DNA from: Squalus acanthias | Lineage: Eukaryota | Direction: 5' to 3' | DNA: 64,000 nucleotides | NCBI GenBank assembly: GCA_030390025.1 | Contig: CM059425.1 | Span: forward strand, 175,772,001-175,836,000 | In this document: piece after piece, positions 27,316 to 41,607 of the stretch | How positions within the stretch are numbered: position 1 is the stretch's first letter | Layout: every line of letters starts with the position of its first letter | Translations under genes and position numbers: made by a program | Notes under the pieces: generated by a model | Told to the model about the DNA's origin: nothing | The model's input: only the letters and a program-made list of their open reading frames with translations | The model's database searches: none

Positions 27316-30300
27316 ATTCTCAGCATTTTTCTTTTAAAGATGTTTTGCTTGCTCTCTACTGAAGTGTGTTGAACACTCTCCTCCAATCCATTTCTGGGAG
27401 TTTATTCTTTGTTACATTTATAAATGCAAAAATGATCATAGTATACTTTTTAATGCAAAATTACTGCAGTTTTTGGCACATAACAGAAAAAAGAGACAAT
27501 TGGTCTGGTTCTCAAAAATACAGGCAATTTTAATTAAAATGTATGTATAAATGTTGATATTCCGTCCTGGTTGGTAGAAAACGCCATGTGCAGAGGAAAT
27601 TTCTTCTGTGTGTGATGTGTAACAAAATCGTAAACCATTTAAAGTGAACACATTTATGATTTGACGAAGTATAGCACACAAAGGCAATCTTCTCACCATA
27701 GGAAATAGGAATTACTGCCACTAGATCAAACTAATGACTTTTTTTTGCACAACGCTGAGTTTTTTTGTAATCTCATCTATCAGCAGCCTCGAGAAGCATG
27801 CCGCTGATGAACCCGAGAGTTAAACTTTCAAAGTACAAAATGTCATAAAATTTAATATAACTATGTTAGCCTATGCTGGATGACAATGACCTATGCTAAT
27901 GACCTCTTAATTTAAATATGACTTCAATCACTTTATATGTAACTCTTGCAGCCCACAAAAGTGCCTTTATAAAAGCTTCTTAAAGTTGGCAGTTCTTTTG
28001 CATTATTCATCAGCTGGTTTTACTGATCATTACAAACTGGCTCTTCAATCCAGTCTGGCAGCCATTTGCAGAATTACTTTTATGAACTCAATAAAGATTA
28101 GTTGCAATTCCTAACAAAATTAGAATGCGGGACTCAAGGAGAAAGTGCAAAAACAACAGGATCAAAAACAGCGGAGGTGAAATGAGATAAATGTTAATCT
28201 TAAACAAAAACTGAAAATACTGGAAGTGCAAAGCCGGTCCATCAGCAACTGAAAAGAAAAAGCAAGTTTTGGCTGGAGAACCTTCATCAGAACTGGAAAA
28301 GGTAAGGCAAGGGGGGTCCTTTTAGAAGGCTAGTCAAAAGTAAGGGGGGTGGAGGAGGAGGAGAGCAAGAAATAGATATGAACAATAAATTGGTGGGGGG
28401 GGGGGGGGGGTTCCTCGGAGCAGGGTTTCCACCGAAGTTACAGTGGTGGAGTGGGAGAAGCTATGAAGAAGTTCACCCCCAATTTATGTATAAAGACCAG
28501 CAGATCTTCTGCAGCATTGCTCAAATTGATTCGGAGTATAGGTTCTTTTATAATAATAGAAGTATTTATGCGATGTAGGGGATAGCATCAGGGCCACTGA
28601 CATAATAAGACAAATTCCATTTTTATTAAATTAAATTGAATTGAATTGAATTCCATGAGTCTACTCATTATTCTGTGAAAACTGTAAATGAATGGCCTAG
28701 GCTGCAAATCCATGGCTCTTCTGATGCATTCATGCTGTAGGTCTGACAGGGGTGTGGCATGGGTTGTGAATTGGACCAAGACCCAAATTTTGTGCTGCCT
28801 GCTAATTTAAATGATTGGAGCATGCAGCCAATGCTATACGCGCTGTTGAGTGGCTGCACGCCTCATCAGGGAGCCCAAGGTTAGCACCACTTAAAGCTTG
28901 CCTGCACTAACTTAAGCCAGTCTGCACCTCTTAAAGGTGAGGTGCATTATGGCTGGAGCAGGTGCTGGAACGCTTGTGGAAGAGAGTCTGAGCAGGAAGA
29001 AGATGTACTAATGGTGCAACAGGGGAGAGAGCGCGCTCCAAGGTTCTCTGATGCTGCACCGGAGGCCTTGGTGGAGGAGATGGACAGGAGGACAGAGGTG
29101 CTCTATCCATAGGGGGCCAGTAGGCCCCCCAGACAAACTCTGTGAAGGCAGTGGGAGCAGATAGCTGTGGCGGTCAAAGGCAGGAGTCAAGCCCCAAGGA
29201 CTTGGATGCAGTGTCGCAAGAAGTTCAGTGACCTCACACGAGTGGTCAAGGTTAGTGAATTCATCTTCAATTGCCATATCCCACCAACTGAACCACTAGC
29301 CTCACAGACTGTTCAATGCACCTGACTCCCATCACTCACCTACCAACAATCTCTATCAAACAGGACTCATACCAAAGGATAACTAAGGAAAAAGTAGTGC
29401 CTATTGGAGGCCAAAAAGGTAACCTATGTGTGGAGGTGGAAGACGTGTGTATGGTTCTTAATGAATACTTTGCATCTGTCTTCACAGAAGAAAGGGATGA
29501 TGCAGACATTACAGTTAAGGAGGAAGAGTGTGAAATATTAGATGGGATAAACATAGAAAGAGAGGAAGTATTAAGAGGTTTAGCAACTTTGAAAGTAGAT
29601 AAATCGCCAGGCCCAGATGAAATGTATCCCAGGCTGTTAAAAGAGACAAGGGAGGAAATAGTGGAGGCTCTGACCATCATTTTCCAATCCTCTCTGGCTA
29701 CAGGTGTGGTACCAAAGGACTGGAGGGCAGCTTACGTTGTGCCATTGTTTAAAAAGGGAGAAAGGGATAAACCAAGTAATTACAGGCCAGTCAGCCTAAC
29801 CTCGGTGGTGGGAAAATTATTGGAAAAAATTCTGAGGGACAATATGGCAGGTAAGGGGACCCCAGGTGCAGTGCTGGAGGAGCCTTAGCCTTTGCCCTTG
29901 TCCAACAGGTATGAGGTTCTTGCTGCCTGTGTGGATGAGGGAAAAGCCTGAGGGATGGATGAGCAAGCTGATGATGGCACCATGGTGCAGGAGGCCATTC
30001 AAGTGGGGGGAGTGAAAGGGAATGTAGTTGTGGTAGGGGACAGTATAGTCAGGGGGATAGATACTGTTCTCTGCAGCCGTGACCGAGAGTTCTGAAGGTT
30101 GTGTTGCCTGCCCGGAGCCAGGGTTAAAGACATCTCCTCGCGGCTGGAGGAGAACTTGGAGTGGGAGGGGGAGGATCCAGTTGTCATGGTCCATGTAGGA
30201 ACCAACGACATAGGTAGAACTAGGAATGAGTTCTGCTGAGGGAGTTTGAGGAGCTAGCATCCAAATTAAAAAGCAGAATCTCAAAGGTAATAATCTCTGG

Positions 30301-32309
30301 ATTGTTACCTGAGCCACGTGCAAATTGGCATAGGGACAAACAGATTAGAGGTTTAAATGTGTGGCTCAAAGAGTGGTGTGGGAGGAAGGGGCTTCAGTTC
30401 ATGGAAAGAGGGAGCTGTTCCGTTGGGACGGGCTCCACTTAAACCGGGGTTGGACCAGTGTCCTGGTGAACCGAATAACTAGGGCAGTAGACAGGGCTTT
30501 AAATTAATGAAGGGAGGGTGGGAGGATTCAGAAAAGAATAAATTTAAAAGCAGCAAGAGAAATGTCATGGCTCTAGAGCAGAGTAGAGTTTTGGATAAAA
30601 ATAAGCAGAGTGGGTCAGGAAGGGACAGAGAGAGTAACAAAGGTAATCAGTGACTAAGGTGACATCAGGGAAAAATAGAAATAAGTCAAAGCTAAAGGCA
30701 TTATATCTGAATGCACGAAGCAATCACAACAAAATAGATGAATTAATGACACAGATAGAAATTAATAGGTTTGATCTAATAGCCATTACAGAGACATGGT
30801 TGCAATGTGGCCAAGGTTGGGAACTAAATATTGCAGGATACTTAACTTTTAGAAGAGATAGGCAAAATGGAAAAGGAGGAGGGGTAGCCCTGATAATAAA
30901 GGATGGGATAAAGACAGTAGAGAGAAAGGATCTTAGCTCCAAAAATCAAGAAGTAGAATTAGTTTGGGTGGAGCTAAGAAACAGCAAGGGGCAGAAAACA
31001 TTGGTGGGAGCTGTTTATAGGCCCCCAAACATTAGTTGTAATGTAGGGCAGAGTATAAATCAGGAAATTAGAGGTGCATGTAACAAGGGTAATACAATAA
31101 TCATGGGGGACTTTAATCTACATATAGACTGGGCAAACTAAATTTGCAGAAATAGTGTGGAGGACGAATTCATTGAATGTATGCAAGATAGTTTTCGAGA
31201 CACAAAAGGCATCAAGGGATTTGGGGAGAGAGCGGGAATATGGTATTGAGATAGAGGATCAGCCATGATCATATTGAATGGTGGAGCAGGCTCGAAGGGC
31301 CAAATGGCCTACTCCTACTCCTATTTTTCTATGTTTCTATGTTTTCTAGATCAGTATGTTGAGGAACCAACTAGGGAACAGGCTATTTTAGATCTAGTAT
31401 TGTGCAACAAGAAAGGGTTCATTAATAACCTTGTAATAAAGGGACTTTTAGGGAAGAGTGACCATAATATGATAGAATTTTATATTGAGTTTGAAAGTGA
31501 TTTAGTTAAATCTGAAACTAAGGTCTTAAATCTAAACAAAGCAAACCACATAGGTATGAGGGGCGAGTTGGCTGAGGTAGATTGGGAAACTACATTAAAA
31601 GGTATGACGGTAGAGTAGCAATGGCTAGCATTTAAAGAATTAATACATAATTTACAACAAATATACATTCCTTTGAGGCACAAAAACCCCACAGGAAAAG
31701 TGGTCCAACCATGGCTAACAAGAGAAGTTAAAGATAGTATTAGATCAAAGGAAGAGGCTTATAATGTTGCCAAAAAGAGTAGTAAGCCTAAGGATTAGGA
31801 GGATTTTAGAATTCAGCAAAGGAGGACCAAGAAATTGATAAAGAAAGGGAAAATAGAATATGAGAGTAAACTAGCGAGAGACATAAAAACAGAGTGTAAA
31901 AGCTTCTATAGGTATGTTAAAAGGAAATGATTAGCAAAAGTAAATGTGGGTACCTTACAGGCTGAGACAGGAGAAATTATAATGGAAAATAAGGAAATGG
32001 CAGAGAAATTAAACAAATGCTTTGGGCTTGATTTTGCCATTGGTGGCGGGTTGGGTGCGGGTCAGGTGGTCGGTGGGTCCCGATCCCACCTCCGCTGTCG
32101 GGCGGGAAAAAATTCCGATTTTGCCCCAATTGGGCAATTGATTCCCAGCGTGTGCGAACCCCTGGCCCAATTAGTTTTTTGGGCCTGAAACTCGCCTCCG
32201 ATGATGTAATTTCTCCAGCTGCATTTAAGGGCTCCAAGCAGCCTTGGTTCATTTTGTGCCTAAACGCTTGTGTTTGCTTCTGTTGAAAATAGTTTTTGGA
32301 GCTAGTGCA

Positions 32310-34273
32310 ATGTCGACTTCAAGGCCCAAGGCCTCACCTCGGTTTAATGATGACTCACTCCATGCTCTGGTGGAGGGAACCAGAGCACAAAAGGAGGTGC
32401 TCTTTCCATCCTCTGGGAGGAAAAACCTCCTCAGCAGGCCAAAGCTGTGTGGCTGCAAGTTGCCCAGGAGGTGAGTGCCAGATCAATGTGCAGCAGAACC
32501 TGGCTGCAGTGCCGAAAGAGGTTCAATGACCTTGTCCGAAAAGGCAAAGCGAGTATACCATCACCTTTACCCTCATTCTCCTCCCCATCTCCTCTCAGCA
32601 CCATCACTCTGCACTGTCAACCTACTCCTACACATCCCACTTTACCCTTACATCCCTTTCACCCTTAACCATTCCCTCTCTCTCTATGTGCACAATCGCT
32701 TAACTATTCGACTATGCTGCCCTCACACTCCCTATCACTGTTATGCTATGACAACAACTAACAACACACAGGGAGGGCCCTTAGTATTGGGACCTCACTC
32801 CATCTTTGTGTCCTTCTAATCATCTATGCTATGGATTATCTACACTCACTCCATCATTCTCACTCAAACTCCACTTGTGTCCCTCATTGCAGGAAAAGAG
32901 AGCCCACAATAAGAGGGAAAGGGCAAAGACTGGAGAAGAGCCAGCCTCAATAGCCCATCTTACCAGCGCAGAGAAGGCGTCCCCAGAGATCGTTGGCGCC
33001 GAGGAGGATATGGAAGTGGGGGATGGACAGACGGGCACATCAGGGCAAGCTGGTGACAGAATAGTTTTGCATCTCTCTCATTGACATTGCATGAGTGACT
33101 GATGTGGCTTCTGATGCTCAAACAGATTGACTTATGATCATCTGCACTATTCAATATGCATGCTACATTTATATCACATGTCTAACTCATGCCTTTGCTC
33201 CCCCACAGGACCATCGACAGCCCCCCTCCCACTGTCCAGGAGGAAGAGGCTGAGCCGGAAGATTCCTCAGAGGAACCTGCAACCTCTGAGGGCACAGCGT
33301 CAGCAGAATTAAGCGCAACCAGCACCAGCGCAGATACGCACACCTCGGTGGGACCTTCGCGACATAGAGTAGTGTTGTCACCTGGTGTATCACAGCTCAC
33401 AAGTGAGCATCGGCAGATGGTGGAGACAGGGACAGCAGTGGAGAGTCCTTGTCGGAGGCCGCAGGGCGCTCCAAGCTCTGCTCAGCTGCATGTGGACCCT
33501 GTGCCTCCGGGTCCATCCAGAAGGAGAGCGGTGCTGGAACTCCAGGAACAGGTGCAGGAGTCTCTGGCAGGTTTGTCTCCAGGGTCACTACGAGTGTGGA
33601 GTGGATGGAGGAGTCCAACGCTAACATGAGCAAAGCCTTTGTGGAGACATTGGCGAATCAACACATCACCGTGGAAAGGATGGCATCCTCCGTGGAAAGG
33701 TTGGCTACGGTAGAGGAGAGGATGGCTATGGCCATGGAGGAGCTAACTCGCCAGAATGTGGAAAACATGGTGAATGTTCAGAATAGACTGACATCTCTGG
33801 AGGAGCGATGGACAGCTATTGATCAGAGAAACCAGACCTTCATGGAAGTCCTCTGGAGTAGGACTGCCAGTGCAGAAATGGGTCCTCATGGCCCCCCTGA
33901 TGTGCAGCAAGGTGCTGTCAAGCCACTTGCTAGCTCTGAAGTGGGGCTGACCCATGAGAGGGATGTTGGCAGCAGAGAACAAGGAAGTGGACGCTCCTCT
34001 CCAAGCGCTCACACTCCCATGCCACTGCGGAGCCCTCGGTCAGAACCCCACCAGAGTCCTCACCCAACTGAGATGGGCATCTAAGCCCCTGCACAGCCGC
34101 AGGAGGAGCAGACTGTTGGCGAGCCCTCACAGGCTCGCAACCCCAGAGGACACCCGCCAAAGGTGTCGAAGCATGAGCAGCATGAGAGTGAGCAAGGGGC
34201 CTCCACATCTGCAGAAGCCACAGGGGAAGCACCACGTAGGAGCACGCGTAAGAGGAAGATAATGCACAAGTAG
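32310..34273 (+). pseudogene. Harbinger Myb/SANT DNA-binding gene, three exons, frameshifted
   Basis: MSTSRPKASPRFNDDSL...RTWLQCRKRFNDL; acceptors ttgcag (~32892) and ccccacag (~33209); coiled-coil-like region and basic RRSTRKRK tail. Confidence 0.8.
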
Positions 34274-34534
34274 TCACAAAGGTAGTCATTTGGGTGTTCT
34301 GTTGTGTTTAATTGTTAAATGCCATCCTTTAGTAGTCAATGTATTAAAATGAAGTGATGGCAAACTGTTGAAGTTCTGGACTCTGTCATTTCGGAAATGG
34401 AAGTTCCACATTGAGGGCTCAGGGCGAATTGTCTTTGTCATGATGGTGGTCAGAGTGATAGGAAGCCACAGGTTCTTGTCCATTGTCTATGGTGTGGTAA
34501 GAAGGTGCAAGGCACATGTGTTTGAATGGGCAAC

Positions 34535-35764
34535 TTAAGCAAACCTGGCCAAGATGAGTGCATCCCTTGCATCCCGGGCAGCAATGTGCTCGTGTGCTGC
34601 TGCAGCTGGTTGATGCGCATCCGCAAGGTCTTCGTTCTCCTCCTTATCCTCCTCCTCAACTGAGGAGGCTATGCGCTGAGCCACTTGTTCCTCAGGTCGC
34701 TGCAAGCCACGATGTTGTGCGATGTTGTGAAGTGCACAGCAGACCACGACGATTCTGGAGACCCTGGCTGCTGAGTACTGATCTGTCAAGGCATTTGAAT
34801 CGCATCTTCAGCAAGCTGATGGTTTGTTCGATGTTGGATCTGGTCGAAATGTGGTTGGAGTTATAGTGCTCCTCATCTTCGTGGATGGGCTCCTGAACGG
34901 TGTCATTAGCCACATCTTCAGAGGATAGCCCTTGTCTCCAAGTAGCCATCCGCAAAGTTGGTTTGGCGGACTGAAGAGCGGAGGCACACTAGACTGCCGC
35001 AGGATGAACGAGTCATGGCAACTGCCAGGGAACTTGGCGCAAACATGCAAAATGTCCTTCTTGTGGTTACACACCAGCTGCACGTTGAGGGAGTGGAAAC
35101 CCTTGCGGTTGACAAAAAGAGCTGAGTTGTGATGGGGTGCCTTAAGGGCCACATGTGTGCAATCTACGATGCCTTGCACCATTGGCAAGCCTGCCATATT
35201 TGCAAAGCCAACCGCACACGCGGTTATACTTGCTTGTTCCGTGGAGAAGTATATGTAATTGTGAGCCTTTGCAAAGAGGGCATCAGTAACCTGCGTGATG
35301 CAAGTGTGTGCGGCCGACTGGGAGATGCCACTGATGTCTGCTGATGATCCCTGGAAGGAGCCTGAAGCAAAAAAGTTGAGTGCGGTGACTTTGACAGCCA
35401 CTGGTAAGGGGTGTCCACCCGCTCCTCTGGGCTCCAGGTGTTGGTGCAGCATTGCGCAGATGTCATCGACTACCTCTCGCGAAAGTCTCAGCCTCCTTTG
35501 GCACTGCTGCTCAGTCATGTTGAGGAAGCTCATCCTCATCCTGTAAAGCCTGTTTTGGGGGTATCTCCTGCGGCGACGTACTTCCCTGCGCTGGCGCCTT
35601 CTGCCCTGTGCACCATCAGATGGGTGAGCAGCAGGTTGGTGTTCCTGTTGTTGCTGCTGCTGTTGCTGCTGTTGGTGCTGCTGTTGTGCCTGGTTCTGCT
35701 GCTGCCGCGGCTGCTCGTCCTCCGAATCTGAGGACCAGGATGAAAGGAAATAAATGGTTCCCAT
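34535..35764 (-). pseudogene. Harbinger DDE transposase, N-terminal polyQ, frameshifts near the C-terminus
   Basis: [45 protein letters not shown]. Confidence 0.92.
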
Positions 35765-36294
35765 GTTGTTGGTAGATATCTCCGTTGAGGAAGCACTCAG
35801 TCAATGTGGGGAGAGGGTTTTCCCAGGAGGTCACAGTGGAGATGGATCTCAGCTTCACCACTTCCAAGTACAGTGGACCTGCAAAAAGTTCTCCAAGACC
35901 TGAAAAAACAAAGTTCTGCCACCTGCAACTGATCCTTGTTGAAAGCTCTGTTTTTATGGTGGAGCTGCAGCTGTTAGGAAGCCAGCCATTTGTGAACCCG
36001 ACAGGATTAGCTGGCGTGTTTCAGGAGAGACGTGCAGCACGCTGGAAATGTGGCAAAATTTGAAAGGCCTCTCAAAATGGGATTATAGAGGGACTTAAGT
36101 GGTAGTTAAGTGCCTTAAGTGCCTATCCCGCCATCTGGAGGCGCGACCGAAACTGACTCTGCAAGCCCGCCTCTGGCAAAGTTGCGCGGAGGCGGGTTGA
36201 CGGCGGGATCGGAACCCGCCATCATTTTTTCCAATTTTACCACCAGTCCCGCCTCCAAACCCGCCTCCTCAGGGCTGGTAAAATCCAACCCTCT

Positions 36295-36992
36295 GGGCTG
36301 GATTTTGATACTGGGGCGGGTTGGGGTCATGTCAGCCACTTTTCGTGTTATCCACCCGACTGCAATTGGATGTGGGAGATTGATGCAATTTTCACCTAAT
36401 TGGGCAATTGAGTTCCAGCATGTGGGAACCCATGAACCAATTACTGTTTTCAGTCTGAAAGTCGCCTCTGATGATGTCATCATTGCTGCTGCATTGAAGG
36501 TCTGCAAAGACTGCCTGGCCTTTGCTGCGAGAGGACCTGGATGCAAAATGAGCAGCAGCAGCCCTAAGTCTGCTCCCAGATATTTTTGCACCACCACTCC
36601 CAGATATGTCTCTCTCCTCCTCATCCATCCAGATATGTCTCCTCCTCATCCATCCAGATATGTCTGTCTGTCAGTCAGTCAGCCAGCCAAATGTGCTCCC
36701 GCCAGGTTTCACATTTGTGGTTCAGAACAGGCGTGCTTCACGTAGAAAAGGGGTTAAAATCACAAAGGCCTTTCAAAATGGCATTATAGAGGCAATTTAG
36801 TGCTTGTTAAGGGCCTTAACAGCCTATCCCGCCTCTTAGAGGCGGGACGGAGTCGGGACCAGCAGACACGATTTAATGAAAATTGCGTGGAGGCGGGATG
36901 GAGGCGGGCTTGTGCCCGCCCGCCAGTTTTCACAATTTTAAGCCCCCACACGCCTCCAAACCCACCTCCACGGGTCAATGAAAATCCAGCCC
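36295..36992. mobile_element. Harbinger MITE abutting the element at 32024-36291
   Basis: TIR gggctggatttt / aaaatccagccc; flanks tct / ttt. Confidence 0.88.
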
Positions 36993-37772
36993 TTTGTGTC
37001 TGTCTTCACAGAAGAAGCTTCCCGGAAATAGAGGAGAACCAAGGGTCAAGCGAGAATGAGGAACTGAAAGAAATTAGTATTAGTAAAAAAATAGTATTGG
37101 AGAAATTAATGGGACTGAAGCCGATAAATCCCCTGGACCTGATGGCCTACATCCTAGGGTTTTGAAAGAGGTGGCTATAGAGATAGTGGATGCATTGGTT
37201 GTCATTTTCCAAAATGCCACAGATTCTAGAATGGTTCCTGCGGTTGGAAGGTAGCAAATGTAACCCCACTATTTAAGAAAGGAGGGAGAGAGAAAATGGT
37301 GAACAACAGACCAGTTAGCCTGACATCAGTAGTAGGGAAAATGCGAGAATCTATTATTAAGGACGCGGTAACAGGGCACCTAGAAAATAATAATAGGATT
37401 CGGCAGAGTCAACACGGATTTATGAAAGGGAAAACATTTTTGACAAATCTGTTAGCATTTTTTGAGATTGTAACTGGCAGAATAGATGGATGTGGTGTAT
37501 TTGGATTTTCAGAAGGCATTCGATAAGGTGACACACAAGAGGTTATTAAACAAAATTAAGGCTCATGGGATTGGGGTAATATACTAGCATGGATTGAGGA
37601 TTGGTTAACGGACAGAAAACAGAGAGTAGGAATAAACGGGTTATTTTCGGGTTGGCAGGCTGTAACTAGTGGGGTACTGCAAGGATCAGTGCTTGGGCCT
37701 CAGCTATTCACAATCTATATCAATGATTTGGATGAGGGGACCAAATGTAATATATCCAAGTTTGCTGATCAT

Positions 37773-39410
37773 TGTAAGATTTCCAAAATTTACAGATCCC
37801 CAAAACCTAAGGAAAATGGACTTTGGAACTACCTCAGAGTGATAAAAATGCATTTGGGCCTAACCTAAGGAATTTAAGACCAAAAACCAAGTTTTGGCAT
37901 TTTAAAAACATGTCTGGGCCTGTAAAGGGACAAGGAGGTGGGTTCGACCTCTGTAAAAGCAGTTTTGGTTATTGCAGTTAATTACACTGTCTGGGGAACC
38001 GGGATGACCTCACTCAAGCCCCAGCAGACATTAACATTTGAACAATAGACCCTGGGAGAAGACAGTCCCACCCAAAATAACAGGCCCCATCAAAACCGAT
38101 TACAGGGCCCATCAGAAAACATGCATAATAAAACCCACTCAGGACCATTCTATAGAAAAGACCAAGTCCAGCCTAGAAACCCAAAACACGAAACCAATCA
38201 CCAGTGATCAGCCAAGGAGATCGACAGGATGCAAACCATCCCAAAGGCTATTTGACACTTACAGAGCAGTTACTGGTAACAGGCCCGCCAAATATCTGAC
38301 AATGAACTGAGTAGATTTGGCGGGTAGATAAGGCCATGTTCAATGGGTGAGATTGAAGGCCTGTTAAAAAACCAGTTAACGCGCTAGTAAGTCGTTACCG
38401 ATTTACGAGCCCGCCAAAAAACAGACAATGAACTGAGTAGATTTGGCGGGTAGATAAGGCCACTTCAATTTAGTATAATTGAAGGCCCGTTAAGCAGTTC
38501 AAAGTCAGTCGCAACCGGTGGTCATCAGAAGAAGAAGAAACCAGGAAGAAGACAAACCGAGCTGGAAGCAAGTCGGCATCGCTCACCACTCAGACACATC
38601 TGAGTCCAGCCCGCGAAGATACCACCTCGACGGACCTCCAACAACGGTCCCAACACAGTCACCTGGAGCAACAAGCAGCAAGAAGACATCGACGGCTCCA
38701 CAAGGTCGACCGACACACTAGGCAAGGCCTAAAGCCATCGCGGAAACCAAAGGCCTCACGAAACCAACAACCGCACATTACCCCCAACTGACCGCGACCA
38801 ACAAAGACCAACTCCAGGGAAGAAAACCCGAAGAACCGCAAAGTTTCCACACTACAAACTACTCCTGACTTACCCCTGGGTAAGATTTCTACCAAAAGAC
38901 TCTAAGCCCTACTTCTAACCAAAGGAAATTGGGTACTCACCTGATAGATCCAAAACGCACCCTACCGCATCAGCGGACTCGCGAAGACTGACTAGAGACG
39001 CAGGTGAAGTCCTCTACCGCGTATGGGGTACAGCAGACACTAACTGCCATAAACAGCGAACCCCAAAACCGCGATTTAACCCAACTGTCAAAGGATTGGT
39101 GAGCATTATCCCTGATCCTTCAAAACCTAACTTAGCTAATAAAGTGGGGTTGGGAGGGGTGAAGTATTGTTCTACTGTCATTTCCCTCGCTTGTACCGAA
39201 GTGTTCCCCACCTTTAGAGTGTTAAGAGTGTTGTCATTTGTGTTTTACCTTTTGAATAAAGATTGAAGTTCTTTTCATCAAACTCAGTTGTCTGCTGCAC
39301 CTTTTGTCACAACCCCCAAATAAGTCCAAGGTCTAGAACCAAGAGAGTGGGAGTGATTCGAACCGCTCAGAAGTCAGAGGTAAAGCTGACACAAACCACC
39401 ACCCCATACA
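37773..39410 (+). mobile_element. Solo LTR (1638 bp) of a second LTR-element family
   Basis: TG...CA ends; 4-bp flanks tcat / tgat interrupting the CR1 KFADD motif; internal direct repeat (38301 and 38427); TATA-like ~38474; aataaa ~39255. Confidence 0.85.
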
Positions 39411-41607
39411 TGATACAAAGCTGGGTGGGAATGTAAGTTGTGAGGAGGATGCAAAGAGGCTTCAAGGGGATATAGACAAGCTAAGTGAGTGGGCAAGAAC
39501 ATGGCAAATGGAATATAATGTGGAGAAATGTGAAGTTATCCATTTTGGTAGGAAAAATAGAAAAGCAGAGTATTTTTTAAATGGTGAGAGATTGGGAAAT
39601 CTTGGTGTTCAGAGGGACCTGGGTGTCCTTGTACAAGAATCACTGAAAGTAAACATGCAGGTACAGCAAGTAATTAGGAAAGCAAATGGTATGTTGGCCT
39701 TTATTACAAGAGGATTTGAGTATAAGAGTAAAGACGTCTTACTGCAATTATATAGGGCCCTGGCGAGACCACACCTGGAGTATTGTGTACAGTTTTGGTC
39801 TCCTTACCTAAGGAAGGATATACTTGCCATAGAGGGAGTGCAATGAAGGTTCACCAGACTGATTCCTGGGATGGGAAGATTTTCCTATGAGGAGAGATTG
39901 AGTAGACTAGGCCTATATTCTCTAGAATTTAGAGGAATGAGAGGTGATCTCATTGAAACATACAAAATTCTTACAGGGTTTGACAGGGTAGATGCAGGGA
40001 GGATGTTTCCCCTGGCTGGGGCATCTAGAACACAGGGTCACAGTCTCAGAATAAGGAGTTGGCCATTTAGGACTGTGATGAGGAGAAATTTCTTCACTCA
40101 GAGAGTGGTGAATCTTTGGAATTCTCTACCCCAGAGGGCTGTGGATGCTCCATCATTGAGTATTTTCAAGACAGAGATCGATAGATTTTTGAATATTATG
40201 GGAATCAAGGGATATGGGGATAGTGCAGAAAAGTGGAGTTGAGGTAGAAGATCAGCCATGATCTTATTGAATGGCTCGAGGGGCCAAATGGCCTACTCCT
40301 GGTCCTATTTCTTATGTTCTTATAAATTGTCATTTAGAAAGTCACGGATTAATCAAGGACAGTCAGCATTGATTTGTTACGGGAAGGTCGAGACTGACTA
40401 ACTTGATTGAATTTTTTGAGGAGTTAACAATCAGCGTCGATGAGGATAGCGCATTTGATGTAGTCTACATGGATTTTAGCAAGGCTTTTGACAAGGTCCC
40501 ACATGGCAGACTGGTCAGAAAATTAAAAGCCCATGGGATCCAAGGGAAAATGGCAAGTTGGATCCAAAATTGGCTCAGTGTCTTCAGTGGCAGGCAGCAA
40601 AGAGTAATGTTCGACGGGTGTTTTTGTGACTGGAAGGTTGTTTCCAGTGGGGTTCCACAGGGCTCAGTACTGGGTCCTTGGTTATGTGGTATATATCAAT
40701 GATTTAGACTTCAATGCAGGGGGCATGATTAAGAAGTTTGCAGATAATACAAAAATTGGCCGTGAGGTTGATTGTGAGGAAGATAGCTGTAGACTGCAGG
40801 AAGATATGAATGGATTGGTGAGGCGGGCAGAAAAGTGGCAAATGGAATTCAGTCCAGAGAAGTGTAAGGTAATGCATTTGAGGACTGCGAACAAGGTAAG
40901 GGAATAAACAATAAATGGTAGGATACTGAGAAATGTAAAGGGACAGAGGGACCTTGGAGTGCATGTCCACAGATCCCTGTGTGAAGGAATAAGCCATATT
41001 CAGAAAAATACACCATTCTATGAAGGAATTCTAGCCTTATTAAAACATGACATACTGGGTTTGGAAATCTAAAAACCTAACAATGGAGAAGCTGTAAACA
41101 GCATACAGGCTATTGAGATAAGATAAGTTGTTGACACTGAATCAATAACCTTGTTGAAACAGGAGGTTGGAGGCTCCTTACGTCTGAGTCTTTGGAAAGA
41201 ACACAATGGTACACCCAGTTAAGGTGTTTTAAAGTACACTTTGTAAGCAAACACAGAAAATTAAGAAACATATGCCTTCGTGGGAATGGCATCAAGTGGG
41301 GGAGGCACCAGCTGTTACATTGTTTTTGTGTTGAACTTGGAACACCTAGGAGACACGATTCTGTGTTGCAACCAGCTGAGGTGACTTAAGAATTGCATAG
41401 AAGACCTTGGTAAGAATGACATCAAATAGAGGCACCTGCTCCACATCGTTTTTTATGATAAGCTTCGAACACCTAACGGAGAGACACGAGTCTGCAATGT
41501 TACCAGCTGAACTGACTGTAAGAATAGAAGGGATCAGCAGAAAAATGACTAGAGATAATTAGCTTACATCAGCAGAAAACTTCAAAGGAAATACCACTGC
41601 AAAAGGG

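Larger units (their letters stand above)
32024..36291. mobile_element. Structurally complete Harbinger transposon with convergent Myb/SANT and transposase genes
   Basis: TIR gggcttgattttgcca / tggtaaaatccaaccc; 3-bp flanks ttt / tct. Confidence 0.93.
29846..40323 (+). mobile_element. Near full-length CR1 LINE B (ORF1 esterase + ORF2), interrupted by a CR1 3' fragment, two Harbingers and a solo LTR
   Basis: VVVGDSIVRG...VHVGTND esterase; YLNARS/ITETWL/MGDFN endonuclease; RT pieces at 36993-37772 and 39411-40242; tcttatgttcttat tail. Confidence 0.9.

Noticed and set aside
34535..35764. Domesticated HARBI1 or NAIF1/MSANTD host genes
   Set aside because: Bounded by TIRs and TSDs, frameshifted, and present as several related copies in the window.
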